64,000 nucleotides of DNA, taken from positions 1 to 64,000 of the forward strand of contig VJWM01000178.1 in NCBI GenBank assembly GCA_010909165.1, in the 5' to 3' direction. Source of the stretch: Anthoceros angustus (lineage: Eukaryota > Plantae > Anthocerotophyta). A program made the translations under genes and the position numbers. This document shows, piece by piece, positions 1-11,503 of the stretch. Positions within the stretch are counted from its first letter, which is position 1. Each line of letters starts with the position of its first letter. A model generated the notes under the pieces. It saw nothing but the letters and a program-made list of their open reading frames with translations, searched no databases and had not been told where the DNA came from.

Positions 1-1965
1 TAGGAGATCTCGTGCAGTGCAGGAGGTAGAGGAGGCGGCGGCGAGATGGAGGCAGCAAGGACACGCTGGAGCTACAACTCCAAGATGCGTCGGGCGGTGA
101 TTCTCAGCGAGAGAATCCACGACTTGAGCACGAAATAGAGTGCCTCGGCTCCGTCGAAGGCGGAGGAAAATCGGCGACTATCGAGGAGTTGGGCGTTGCC
201 GAGCTACGAAGGAGGAGGAAGTCGGTCGGACGGACGGAGTGTCGACCGCTGGAGGGGCGGGCTAAAGGCCAGGCGGAGGAGCGCGAGCCTGGAAGCGAAA
301 GAAGCTGGGTCCGGTGAGAAAGGCGGAAGAGCAGCTGCGCTATGGCGGTGGTGGCAATGGAGAAAGCAGCGGAGGCTGGGCGGGTGGAACAGCAATGGCG
401 GGAGGTGACCGAGGCCGCCCTTGTAGCCTCGCGTGTCTGACCGGCTCCGGTATCCGTCTGGCGGAGAGGTGGCCCAACAAGCGGGCCCGGAACACTTATG
501 GCGGAGGGAGTATCGGGTGCTCGGGCACACGTGGAAGAGGCAATTCAACAAGTCGATTCGGACTTTGCCTATTACCACCGAGCTCTGATGAAGCCTCTCG
601 GGCGCAAGCAGACGGACCCTGGAAGGCTCGGAAGGAGATGAAGGCCACAGGGGCGGCCACAGGGGACCCTAGTGGCCTTTGGAGATAGCGGGGCGGCGGA
701 GAGGAGCGGGCGGAGGCGGAGCGAGGCGGCGGATCTGCGGCGAGGTAAGCACCCGCACCTCACCATGGAAGGAGGGGCCAGAAGGAGTCACTTGAGGCGA
801 TCGGGAGCAGCGGAGGACTTGAGGAGAGCCACGGAGGTCCGTGAGGAGGAAACCCGGGTGGGCGTGAGTCGGACTTTGTCCGGACCCCGAGGCCGGACCA
901 CAGTCGGACCTCGGTAGTCCGGACCACAGTCGGACCCGTCCGGACCAAGTCCGGACCCGTCATCCGGACCACGAGGTCCGGACCCAGACAAGGTCGGACC
1001 TGGCCGGCGGACCCGAAATAAGCGGACTCCACAGTTCGAGTCGAGGCAGACCTCGAGGGCCGGGGCTGCGGCGATGAGGAGGAGCCCCCTTCGACTTACG
1101 CTAGGGAGCGAATGTGGTGGCCCCACCGGCGAAGGACCCGAGGCCGAGGGGAGGATACGTCGTGGTGGCGGTTGTGTCGCCGCCCGGTGTAACGAGTTCG
1201 GGAGAGAGGGGCCCGCCTCACGGATCATCCGATTGGGTGCGCCACAAGCTGTCGGGGCGAGTTGGACCACCCATTCGGCGGGGGACCTTCCAGTCGGCGA
1301 AGGAGATAGGGGAAATATGGTAGGCGGCCGATTAGGGTATACCGGCGGCTGCTCGGCTCGAATAGGGGTGTAATAAAGGCGCCTTGGGCGCGCGATATAA
1401 GAGTGCTCTAGTAAAGCATCTTTCTCTTGGTGTTGATGCGCGTTCTTGCGGACCTTTGTGAGTCTTCTTGCTAACGTGAGTCTGAGTCAGCGAGCCCGAC
1501 TCTCGGGAGATTGATCAAGGTCCGGTGGCGGACTTAAGCGTTGTGGTGTGTGCGGGGAAGGGTGGGGTGATGGTGCTCGTCGGGCAGCGGTGGCCGAGCA
1601 ATTTGAGCAGCGGAGGAACTCGGGAGGTGTGTAGAGCCGGACGGAGGCCAGCGGAGCAGCGGAGGAGGTCAGCTGCACCAGCGTCTTTTCTAAGGCGAAG
1701 AGTGTAAGCGTGAGAGGAGAGGAAAGGGCGGATCGTGAAGGATGTATGTGAGCGATCTGATGAGCGGGTCCTTAAGCGTTTAGCCATACAAGCTGTCGGT
1801 GACGTTGTGAGTAGTTAGGAGTATGTGTGTGAGTTGAGGCTGAGCAGGCGCTAAGGGGGTAGAATCACACGAAGCAGCAGTGGCGGGCCTATCATTCCCT
1901 TGGAGCGGACTTCTTCCTACAGCGACCGGGATTGTGCGCGCGGTGGCCATCGGCAAAAGTCCACT
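1..1965 (+). mobile_element. Partial LTR of a Gypsy-type retrotransposon, inverted copy of 2583-4645; runs off the window start
   Basis: Reverse-complement similarity over the whole length. 1-130 (aaggacacgctggagctacaactccaagatg...gagagaatccacgactt) matches revcomp of ~4510-4645. 1425-1485 (tcttggtgttgatgc...tcttgctaacgtgagtc) matches revcomp of ~3075-3128. 1888-1960 (cctatcattcc...cggacttcttcctaca...ggccatc...aaagtc) matches revcomp of ~2590-2667. TATAAG at 1396. Confidence 0.65.
860..1030. repeat. Degenerate CCGGAC/TCGGAC short tandem motif cluster within the LTR (counterpart at ~3495-3750)
   Basis: More than 10 copies of (t/c)cggac(c/t) visible; a similar cluster sits at the mirrored position in the other arm. 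Confidence 0.6.
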
Positions 1966-2422
1966 TACGAGCTTGGATAAGCAGTGCGAATAAGCGTACC
2001 GCTTTGCATGGTAGTGTGAGTGGGGTGTCGGTCCCGGCGTAGGCGTTCGATGTCGATCCCAACTTCTCCGTCTTTCCTCGCTTGATCTCGAGTTTGGACA
2101 AGACAGCCTTGATCGATTCGCGGAATCTTTCTAAGAAGGCATCCTTCAATCTTGAAGGTTGCGAGAGTGCGTTACGGTGGTGTATTTCCTCCGATACCAG
2201 GCAGCTGTACCCGGGACCCCTTGGAGCAATTTGAATGATGGCGAACCTTCTCCGTTGAAGTTTGCAGACACAAAATCCTCCACGAAGGTTTTCTCTCTCC
2301 TTCTTACCTCCAAAGAGAATCGCTTGCTTGGTGACGTTGCCATTGTCGCCATGATGGTAAGGGATGAGGAACCTTACCCACTTTGACTGCGTCCTCCTCT
2401 CGATCCAAACACTCCACCACAC
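1966..2422 (-). mobile_element. Truncated, frameshifted retrotransposon gag (Retrotrans_gag-like)
   Basis: Minus-strand frames give PGTAAWYRRKY...RLKDAFLERFRESIKAVLSKLEIKRGKTE, matching the Ty3/Gypsy gag pattern AxxWY...LKxAFLxRF. It lies just downstream of a PBS and is cut off by the inverted LTR copy at ~1965. Confidence 0.75.
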
Positions 2423-2563
2423 TTACTGCATTTGGTGTCGCCTCGAGCTCGTCGTCTCTCACGTTACTGCGCTCGGGCTCGGGCGATCCTCGTCCAAACT
2501 CTCTCGATAACTCTTCCTTAACTACCTCCCGTCCTCACGCATCCACAGCTACGGGCGATTTCA

Positions 2564-2579
2564 TTCCCGACAGGCGCCA
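2564..2579 (-). promoter_or_regulatory. Primer-binding site (TGGCGCC-type, tRNA-Lys/Asp-like as in Tat/Athila elements)
   Basis: Minus strand reads ...GCGCCACA-TTT-TGGCGCCTGTCGGGAA: an LTR-end CA, a short T spacer, then TGGCGCC, upstream of gag. Confidence 0.7.
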
Positions 2580-2582
2580 AAA

Positions 2583-5500
2583 TGTGGCGCGACTTTCGTG
2601 ATGGCCGGTAGGCGCGCCACAATCCGTGTCGTTGTAGGAAGAAGTCCGTTCCCAAAGGAATGATAGGCTCCGTTTACGTTTGGTGATTCCTACCGCACTT
2701 GCGCTCGTTCGGCCTCAACACACACTCTCCTTCTCTAGCGTTCACCGTCTGGGCCGGTATGGCCAAGCGTTTAAGGACCGTTCGCGTCCGTATCGTTCAT
2801 CCGTCACTCACACATCGATCCTTTCCTCTCTCCCCTCACGCTACACTCCTCCTTAGAAAAAAGCGGGTTAGATCGGACCTCCTCCGTCGTTCGCGGGCCT
2901 CTCGTCCGGGCTCTGCCGCCCTCCGGAGTTCCTCCGGCTCACGTTCAGTCCGTTCGGTCTTTGGGCGCGGCTCCGGGCGAGCCGGTCACGATCACCCTTC
3001 CACACACACACCACAACGCGTTAGGTCCGTCACGGGACCAGTCAATCTCCCGGGCGCCACCTTTCGGTGACTCGGGACTCACGTTAGCAAGACACAAAGG
3101 TGCAGAGCAGCGGCATCAACACCAAGAAGATGATTTATTGGCGGCCTTAGCCCTCTTATACTCGCGAAGGTCGGCCTTTATTACCTCTATTACAGTGAGG
3201 GCATTTCGGGTGCCTAACCCGACCGCCTACTACCTATTCCACCTATCGCGTCGGTGGTGGGTGGGATAGCCCTCATTCCTTCTTGGCACGGCCAAAGAGC
3301 CACATCATTGCAGGCGCTGTCGGATGATCGCGGTAGGGCCCTTCCTCTTCAGGGTGCAGGTGCGCCCGTGGCGGCGCGGCAGCGATCACCACCAAGTCTT
3401 CCTCGTCCTCCCCTCTTCTCTCTCGGCGGGCCCTGCGATGGGCCCTCAAGGGGATCTGCTGGGGTTGGTGGTGTGGCTCTCCCCACTCCCGAGTTTGGAC
3501 CTCGGGACCACTGTCTCTCGGTCCGGACCTCTAGGTCAGTCTTCCCTCTGAGGTCCGGTCTCCACAGCCGGCCTTCTTTGAGTCAGGTCCTCGGGGCCGG
3601 GCCTCTGAGGTCGGTCTTGGACCCAACCCTTCCACAGGGTCGGACCTCGGGCCGGACTCGTCACTGAGTCTGGATCCCTAAGTCGGACTTCCTTAGGGGC
3701 GGACCTCGGGATCCGGCCTTTCCTCAGTCAGGACAAAGTCAGGACCCTCGAACTCTGGGCATGCCTCCTCGCCGGGCTAGCAGGGTTCATCCATGAGCCC
3801 TCCCTTGGTTCCCAATGCCCGGTTGCACCCCCCTTCAAGATCCTCCCTCGTCCTTCCATGCGTGCAGCTTACCTCGGTGTGGCGCCCTTCCTCCTCCGGT
3901 TCCTCCATGCTCTCCCGCTTCTGCTGTCGTCAAATCAGCGCTCCTAGGACTCCAGCGGTTGTCGTCCCGGGTCCGTCCTCCTCGCTCCTCCTTGGTCCCA
4001 GAGTCCACCCTCCACCTGGGGTGGCGCGGGACCTCCAGGCCTTGAGGAGCTCTGCGTGGTAGTAAGCGGAATCGACTTTGAATCGCCTCCTCACATGAGC
4101 CGGGCACCGGTACTCCCTCCTCCAGGTGCTCCGTGGCAGGCGGATCGCCCACTTTCTTTCTCTCGTGAAGCTTACCATGTGGGCGGGCGGACTCCCTTGA
4201 GGCCGTCAAGGCTGCCTCAGTTACCTCTTGCAACCTTGCTGCTGGCGTTCTCCTCCTCCCGTTGTTGCTTGACTCACTTGATTCGCGGGCCATGGGTGAG
4301 CTCCCCCACTTCTGCACCCGGACGAGCGGCTGTACCTTTTCCTCCGGTGCCTTCCTCCTTCTTCTTCTCTCCGGAGGTCCTCCCTTCTCAGGCGGGCGGT
4401 ATCCCGTCAGGCTCACGGCTTCCCGCCACGTCTGCTGCAACCTTGCGGCGTCGAACTCCTTGCGCCGCTGTCTCCTCCGTCTTCAAGCGGGCTGGGCGTT
4501 CCACCTCTCGCTCGAAGTCTTGGATTCTCTCGTTGAGAACCCCTGCTCCGTGCATCTTGGGTTGCAACTCCAAGGTGTCCTTGTTGTCCTCCGGCTCCTG
4601 CCGCCCTTCTACCTCCTGCGGTGCACCACAGGGTCCCCAATCTCCCGGGTGCTTGGCCTCCAGCCTCCTCCTCACGGCTCGGCCGTGCCTCCATGACCAC
4701 TTGCTCGGCCTTGAGTTGGCGGCTCTCGGCCTCTCCCCTCCGGTTCGATCCAGATAGTGATCGCGATCGGCCTCGCCGTGGCCTCCGCCTCCTTGGCCAC
4801 CTTCACAGGCCTCTCCGGCTTGGCTCTGGTCGGTCAGGCTGCCTCGCGAGATCCGCGCCCGTTCGCCCGGGCGTCCTCGCTTCTGCTGCGCTCGCCCCTC
4901 TGCGGAGGTCCTCCGCCGCGCTTGGGCCTCCTTGGCCTGCTTCAGCTGTTCCTCCAGCTGAAGGAATTTGGTCCGGTCCTTGCGGATGGACCAAACCTCC
5001 CTCTCCGCCTCCCGGCGTTTTCCTTCCTCAATCCTGCCGAGCTTGGCCTTCCTTCTCGCCTCCAGGCTCCCTCCAGCTGCTCACGGAGGAGCACCATGCG
5101 CCTCGGGTGGCTTCCACCTCCACAGGCCTTCTCGGCCATCCAGACCCAGGCATACCGTCCATGGCGGTGGCAGGACCCGCCGTGTTTCCTCCACGGCTGG
5201 CAGTGAGGCTCCCACAAAGTCCGTTGCGGGGCCGGCATCTCACAGTCCGTCAAGGACCTCCATAGATCAGCAAGTCGGGGGGTTCTCGGACAATCGGGAC
5301 CCTTAGGTCACAGTCTTACTCGGGCTTCCCCTCCTTGGCCCTTTTGGCGAGCTCCTTCTCGCCCTTTTCTCCAGGGCTCGGCGGAGGTGATGGAGTCAGC
5401 ACGCCCTTTGCCCCTTCACATCGGCAGGACCCGGCTGGATCACAGCTGCTGCCCGGTGTCCTCCGCTCCACAGGCGTCCTTTCGCCCTCCTTGCTTCCTC

Positions 5501-7050
5501 CTTCTTGCCACTCCGTCGGCGGGGAAGAATCACCGGCCCAGGGTGCAGCGTTGGTAGCCGTGGTCTTGCGTTTCTTGGCTCTCTCACAGTCGGCGGGGCT
5601 CCTCGGTAGGAGTGATGGCCGGTGGCGGGGCTTGGGGCGCTTCTTTTGTGCGGTTGGGGCACGGAAGGAGGGAGGCGGTGCTTCCATACTTCCACAGGTG
5701 GTGAGGGGTCCGTTCCGGCGTATGGGTCAGGAATCCTCGATCATCCTCCTCCAGTCCGTTTGGTTTTGTCGAGGCCTCCTCCCTCCCCTTGCCGCTCCAC
5801 TTGGAGGCCTCGGTCCTTCCGGGCGCTCGCTCAAGCTCTCCTTCCAGAGGAGTTGAAATGCCCCCATACATGGATCGGGTATGGGGCGGCCCAGAATGGC
5901 GAGGCTTCTCGCTCCCCAGGCTTGAGCTTCAGCTGGCAGGCGAAGATAATTCCCGGTCGCCCTCTTCCCCGGCCGTGCGGGAACACCAATAGATTATCAC
6001 CAAGGTGATCCACCTTGGTGAGTAGGTTCGATGGGCGATGATCGGGCCGACTCATTGTCAGCAGGTCGGATATCGACCGTTGGTGGTCGTTGCGTCGAGC
6101 CTTAGCATCTGCTGTGCTGGACCTATCTTCCCTTCGCCTTGAGGGCTCGGCACCCTCCCCTCTTCCTCCTTGGGGCGGTTGTAGGCCGCCTTGGGACCTC
6201 AAGGTCCATCGCCTTGGGTCCTCTCGGAGGTTCTTGGACCGCACCTCCTTGTTGACCGCCGCATCTTGGGCAAACTCCGGACGGGTGTGTCAAATGTCGA
6301 GACCATTTGGAACACGTCCAAATGCCACTCCTGCACCAATTCTCCGCTTCCACGGGCAGGCCCAAAGTCCGGATAGCGCGGGTCACAATGTTGCGCTCCA
6401 CAAGGTTCCATGGCTCCCAAACTTCCGGGCTTTTGGGTGCCTTCTTCTCCCTTGGTTCTTTGTGCGCTTGTGAGGCTGGCACGTTGAGCCTCCCGCGCGT
6501 TCGCTTCTCAGCCTCAGCGGTGAGCGCGCGAGCGTCAAGTGTCCACGAGATACCGCGGAGAGCGGTGCGGGCGCGAGATCGCGAGTGTCTCGGCTGTGAA
6601 ATGACCTTCTTAGCGACCACGCCCGGGGAGTGCTGGGCGGGGCGCCCTCTTCCACGTGGCGAGTGCGCGCGCACTGCGGCTCTGCCAGCGTACTACGGCC
6701 TTACTCCCGCGTGCTCGGCCCTCGCGCGCGCGGCCAGGCGTGAATACACTGCCTCGGCCCAGCATTACGGTCGACCCGGCATGCCGTCCTCCACTCGAGT
6801 CGTCCGTGGCGTCGCCCGATCATCCTTCGCTCCAACTTCTAAATTCCTTACAGGCGTACTTATCACACTGGTCTGGGTGGGTCGGTCTTACCCGTCGCGC
6901 CATCGTAGGTCTAGAGTCGTTCCTCACTCCGGTCGGGAGTATACTCAGTCGTCGGAGTGCTAACCGGCTTATTTCCTCCCACATTTTATCCTTCGCTCCC
7001 ACACAAAACAAATCCTACCAATGTCTAACCCCTCGAAGTCCGTAGTCACA
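2583..7050 (-). mobile_element. Candidate very long (~4.47 kb) 5' LTR of the Gypsy element
   Basis: Minus strand begins TGTGAC at 7050, where host tandem-unit sequence resumes, and ends GCCACA at 2583 immediately before the PBS. TATAAG at 3160-3155 and AATAAA at 3139-3134 on the minus strand. The outer boundary is inferred. Confidence 0.5.
3835..6674 (-). pseudogene. Frameshifted ORF remnant of unknown function with an E/R/K-rich, coiled-coil-like C-terminal part, inside the retroelement
   Basis: Overlapping minus-strand frames such as EVWEPWNLVERNIVTRAIRTLGLP, ISDLLTMSRPDHRPSNLLTKVDHLGDNLLVFP and KDTLELQPKMHGAGVLNERIQDFEREVE. Strong purine skew. Conserved in the inverted copy at 1-860. Confidence 0.4.
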
Positions 7051-7811
7051 CACTAACTAAAACTCACCTCCCCATGCTCGAGGCGTGCATTAGCCTTGCT
7101 CTTCGCCGGAAACAATTTGGTTAGCTCCATTCGCCCCTAGCAGTTAAAATCTTTAGCTCACCCACTCCTATGCGTTGGCCACAAAGTTGGCAACTTGTTA
7201 TTCACGGGCGTCCATGTTGCTTTATCCGGCGAGGAGCCTGACATGCCTCTTGCCAAAAACCGATGGTGGAACCTTGCGCGGACACGCGTGGTGGGTCACC
7301 ATGTACTCGGTGGGAGTTTTCAGCGGATCCCAGAAAGGCGCAAGAGAGATAGAGTTAACATCATGATCATTTTCCTCTTACCACCTTCTCGTGATGTCCA
7401 CATTATCACACACAAAGGTGGCTGCAAGCACAACGATGAAAAGAAGACGCAGAGAAAGCATTTTTTTTCTAAACTAGGCTCCTTATAAGCTAGTGAAGTT
7501 GTTCTATCCCCCAATCCTAGAACATTAATCGCTTTTGCAGCCTCTAGCATGGTTAACTTCAAGACAAACCACTCAAGTATCGCATCTAAATTACTATTAC
7601 TCTAGGGTCCAAGGATTAAGCTTCTAAATTACCCTTTGACACATACTGCAAATTGATAGCATCGTGAATGAACCTTGTCCAAGATCTCCTTTCACATATC
7701 TAGAGTTCTATTGCAAGAATTGGTGGAATGATTTATTTGCCCTCATGCAAATCATATGTTTCTTTTCTTTTAGAATATAGTCATTGTCCAATATTTTCCT
7801 CTTGCATTGTG

Positions 7812-7945
7812 ACTTTGTCTTCAAGCTTAAGGCATATGGATGATCACTTTGTTATTGATCAAAAGCATGGCTAGTTGAACAAGCTTTGTCTTCCAAGGCA
7901 TGTGGATGATCACTTTGTTATTGATCAAGAGCATGCCTAGGTTGT
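7812..7945 (+). repeat. ~68-bp direct repeat x2 (ctttgtcttc..aaggcatrtggatgatcactttgttattgatcaaragcatg.ctag), present in every unit
   Basis: Seen directly; also at ~21047-21175, ~36476-36605 and ~51940-52070. Confidence 0.8.
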
Positions 7946-8381
7946 TCACGAAAGAACTCTATAGAACACTACTTCTCGTGTTGCATATTTGAAATTCCAC
8001 ATAGACTCTACTACTATGCCTCTTGCGTGTTTGAAATTCCACGGAGGAACATATGTATGGTAGAGTTTATGCTTTCAATATACTTGTGAATTTACAATCT
8101 ACCATCACACATTGATGCTTTTGAGCGATATCTAGGGAAAAACGGTTTAGACCACAAAGCCCTTTATACAGGCTAAAATTTACACTTTGACCCTCCCCAA
8201 ACATGACACTTTGCCTATTTTAATTTTTAAATGTTTGGGTCTTGAGTACTCCTTGAAAATTGACAACAAACTATAAAACCTGTGACCGTAACAAGAAGAT
8301 TGTTTAGGAGTGCTTGGCGTTATCTGCAAGCTGCGACTTTTGATTTATGCCAAAATCGGCATTTCTCCACCTACGATCATG

Positions 8382-9210
8382 CTATTTTAAACAAAAAGAA
8401 AGATCGAGTCCATACGAATCTAAACCATCATCCTCCTCTTCCATAGAAATAGTCGCCTTACGTTCCTATAAGTGAAAACGATCTTCGGCTTGTTTGTTGT
8501 GGCTGATCCGTTCTCATCCCATCATCACGCCATCAATTCATTTGAGGCTGCCTCTTTGAGTTCTTTGTGCTACTGCCGTCCTTTCTACCCATTAAAATTT
8601 GTAAAACTGCAACTTCCTCTTAGTGGTACCGTTAGTGCAAATTTCTTTTTGCCTAATTTTGAAACCCTCTTGTAAATCCTTCATTGTGGTCTTCTCATCA
8701 AAGACTGGAAGTTGCTCAAGGTCATTCACCCTCATGGGAATGTACATGGCACACACAGGGTCATTTTCTACAACATTCCTCCTCCTCGATGGCGACCACC
8801 GTGAAAGTCCGTCGACCGCAGCATCTACCACCGGGCCCTTCTCATTCTGAACATGTTAACGGCATGCTCATCAATCCCATGGCTTTGATATGGGCAACCA
8901 ACTGTTTGCAGCAGCAGTGAAAATGTTCACGCAGTCCCTTCACGGATAACTCAGGAAGAACATCGGGTCAGAATCGCTTTGCAAATAGAGCCCTGGCTCA
9001 TTGATACTCCCTACTCACCGATGCTGATGAACTCCACAGCCTCCACTATTCTCGTGTTCGGGAATATTTATTTTCCCTGCACCAAAGTTTAGATCGCTCC
9101 TTCCTGCAAAGGTGGCTTCAGAGCCTCCTCGCCAAGGACAGTCATCCATGCCATGCAGAATGACTCTAAAAACATCCGATGAGACCTCTTGGGCTGTGCT
9201 TGAAATACTC
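8382..9210 (-). pseudogene. 5'-truncated beta-class N4-C/N6-A DNA methyltransferase-like gene, copy 1
   Basis: Frames give ...CPYQKPxGLMSM..NMF..EK..VVDA...RRNVV(AI)ENDPVCAMYIPMRVNDLEQLP (ORF 8592-8831). See the finding for the four-copy consensus. Confidence 0.6.
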
Positions 9211-9217
9211 AAGAACG

Positions 9218-10544
9218 ACGCCAACCGATTTGATCATAAAACATGTTATATTGAATTATGAGAATTTACTTCCAAATGTTTTGTATTTTAACTCGACCAT
9301 ACGACCGTGAAAATAAACGCCTCCGCTTATTTGCCTACCTTAACATGTTGGTCCCATTGCGGTCTTTGAAGATCAAGGTAGGTTTCCTCCCTGTTGGGCA
9401 CACCCATGATCGAGTAGACCAAATGTTCTCCAGTTTTTTCGATTGTGCTAAGGCATAAGGCTTACCTTTTAAACTCACCTTTGTGTTGGAAATGCTTATA
9501 CTCCAAACCCATGATTGTATTGGTACACAGTTCTCGATTTTAGAAGGTATGTTTGGCCCATCCCTAATAGTAGGAAATGGCTACTAATGGGTAGCCCGAT
9601 AGTTGCACAACATCTCTTTATAGCAGTTCAAAATAACTCGAGAGGAGAGGAGGACCGCGGTTTCATTACTTGATGCGAGGTAAACAATATTCAATGAGAT
9701 AATCGATCCACCAATGAAGGCCTCAGTTTCTTGAAGCATGTGCTAGAAGGACCAATTTTTGCTGCCCCTCAATGTCTTTTGGAAGTAAGGAGCAAAAGCA
9801 CTTCTTGAAGGAAGAGATCTTTGAAAGGTTGTTATCGCTTATCCGCCAAGTTGGAGGAGAAATTAAAAAGACATTTTGGGCGGCGGATGATGGTGGGAAT
9901 CGTTTTGGGAAGAACAAGAGGGCATTGTGGACATCATAAATTCAAGGTCCCTGCTGTGAATTGGAAGAATCCTTGGCGATGGTATAATCGAGAAGAAGCA
10001 GAGATCCTGCCGGCATTCTTTCTGCCCGATGTTGAAGTCCTTCCTCATCCATTGCTGCGAGAAGTGCCTCGATGAGACATGTATGTAGCTAGGTGCGCCC
10101 TTGCAAGAATGATGCAACAAATCGTCCTTTTGGATTGCGAAGGTGCCTCACATAGATTTCGAAAGCGGAATCACCTTTCATGAAAGGTCACCGGTGGGTG
10201 ACACAAAACATAGATGCTTTTGAAGGAAGCTACATGGAAGAGATGATATTGGCCGAAGTGCTTAGAGGGCGGGTACAAGGCTGCGGGTGAGCCACTAGAC
10301 GGCCAGTAGAAGAATGTCGATGCGATCATTGCTTGACATTTGTTTTGGCCTATGGGTTTGAACTAACTCGAACTAAGCTGAAGGCCCAAACACGCTCAAT
10401 TATTAGGCAACCTTAATGACGCCCCGTGCAAGAAGATATGCCAATCCGAGGAGAACCAAGGCCGTGGAAGGGCGAACAACGGCGATGATGTGAGTTATTG
10501 AAGACGACACTTAGTGCGCCCGAGAGGCCTTATCAATAGGATGA
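9218..10544 (+). mobile_element. 5'-truncated Sola/DUF7869-like DNA transposase, copy 1
   Basis: DAN..IKHVILNYENLLPNVLY.QLD.TTRENK..LFAYLNMLV...KIKVGFLPVGHTHDRVDQMFS, the DNxxRENKN and FLxVGHTHxxxDQxFS motifs of this transposase-like family. Confidence 0.7.
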
Positions 10545-10758
10545 GGCCACATCTTCATGGTAGTTGGCGACACCAATCTTGCATTTGTCAAAGAACATGG
10601 TTTAAATGCCGTACAATAAATGAAGAACAATTGTGTTTTATTAAATAGCGAGAATGGGTTTTACAAGGTCGCAAGATGATGAGGGTGGTGCATTTGTATA
10701 CCGATGTTAAAGTGCGCATTTGCATGTGAGAACTTCGGATATGTTGTGACTTTGCACC

Positions 10759-10835
10759 TTAAGAGTAGGATTTACATGATTTCGATGGGGTGCGTCGACA
10801 TACCCTTTTTAGCTTCATGTAAATCCTTTTCTTAA
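10759..10835. repeat. TTAA-ended 21-bp inverted repeat (hairpin) just 3' of the transposase, in all units
   Basis: ttaagagtaggatttacatga ... tcatgtaaatccttttcttaa pair at 19/21 positions; a third gatttacatga follows. Also at ~23991, ~39376, ~40318, ~41266 and 54902-54975. Confidence 0.75.
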
Positions 10836-11503
10836 CCGACGATTTACATGATTGTGACGTCGTGGCGAGATATACGAAGTACATGTACATGCATGTACTT
10901 ACGGACATACACATGAGTCGGAACATAATGGAAGGACATGAGGGATGTTGTTGTAGAAATTTGTGCGGCTACATATTTCACATACATGTCCAAGTCGCTC
11001 TCTCTTTAGAGTACATGTTACAACTCACAAACCATCCCGCATGCGAGTAAATGGAATCCAGCCTTTGAAACCAGTAACAAGGTATGGGATTATCCCAATA
11101 AAATTTAGTTTTCATGACTTCCACATCGGTTGGATTGAGGGTTGATTCGTGGATCCAAGCATATAGGGCCATGGTTTCTTTGTATCTAATTTTTCACCGA
11201 TTTTACACGAAAAAATTGGAATGTTTTGTAGAAAAGCCCAAAATAATGGAATACGTTTTTCGGACATTGTTTTCGATTAATTGACATGAATCGTGGATAT
11301 CTATTGATACTACTACATATATGAATTTCAAATCATCTAAGAATCCACATCTAATTCCAAATTTGAATCACAAGTAACATCTTACATGTACATTCCGCAT
11401 TACATCAAAGTGGATGCAACAATCTGACAGGAGAAACCTAGAAAAAACTAACATCTGGTGACATACTAACATTATGGAACACATATGGTACATATGCTAA
11501 TCG

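Noticed and set aside
196-7045. Dozens of overlapping GC-rich ORFs on both strands as separate genes
   Set aside because: They are expected from high GC content and frameshift noise; only gag and one minus-strand ORF remnant have support.
8382-10544. Bacterial contamination as the source of the MTase
   Set aside because: It is embedded at the same position in four units that also contain an intron-bearing plant CDC48.
8130-11450. Paired terminal inverted repeats delimiting the MTase-transposase element
   Set aside because: Only ttaagg-sized matches were found between the two flanks; no convincing TIR pair or TSD by eye.
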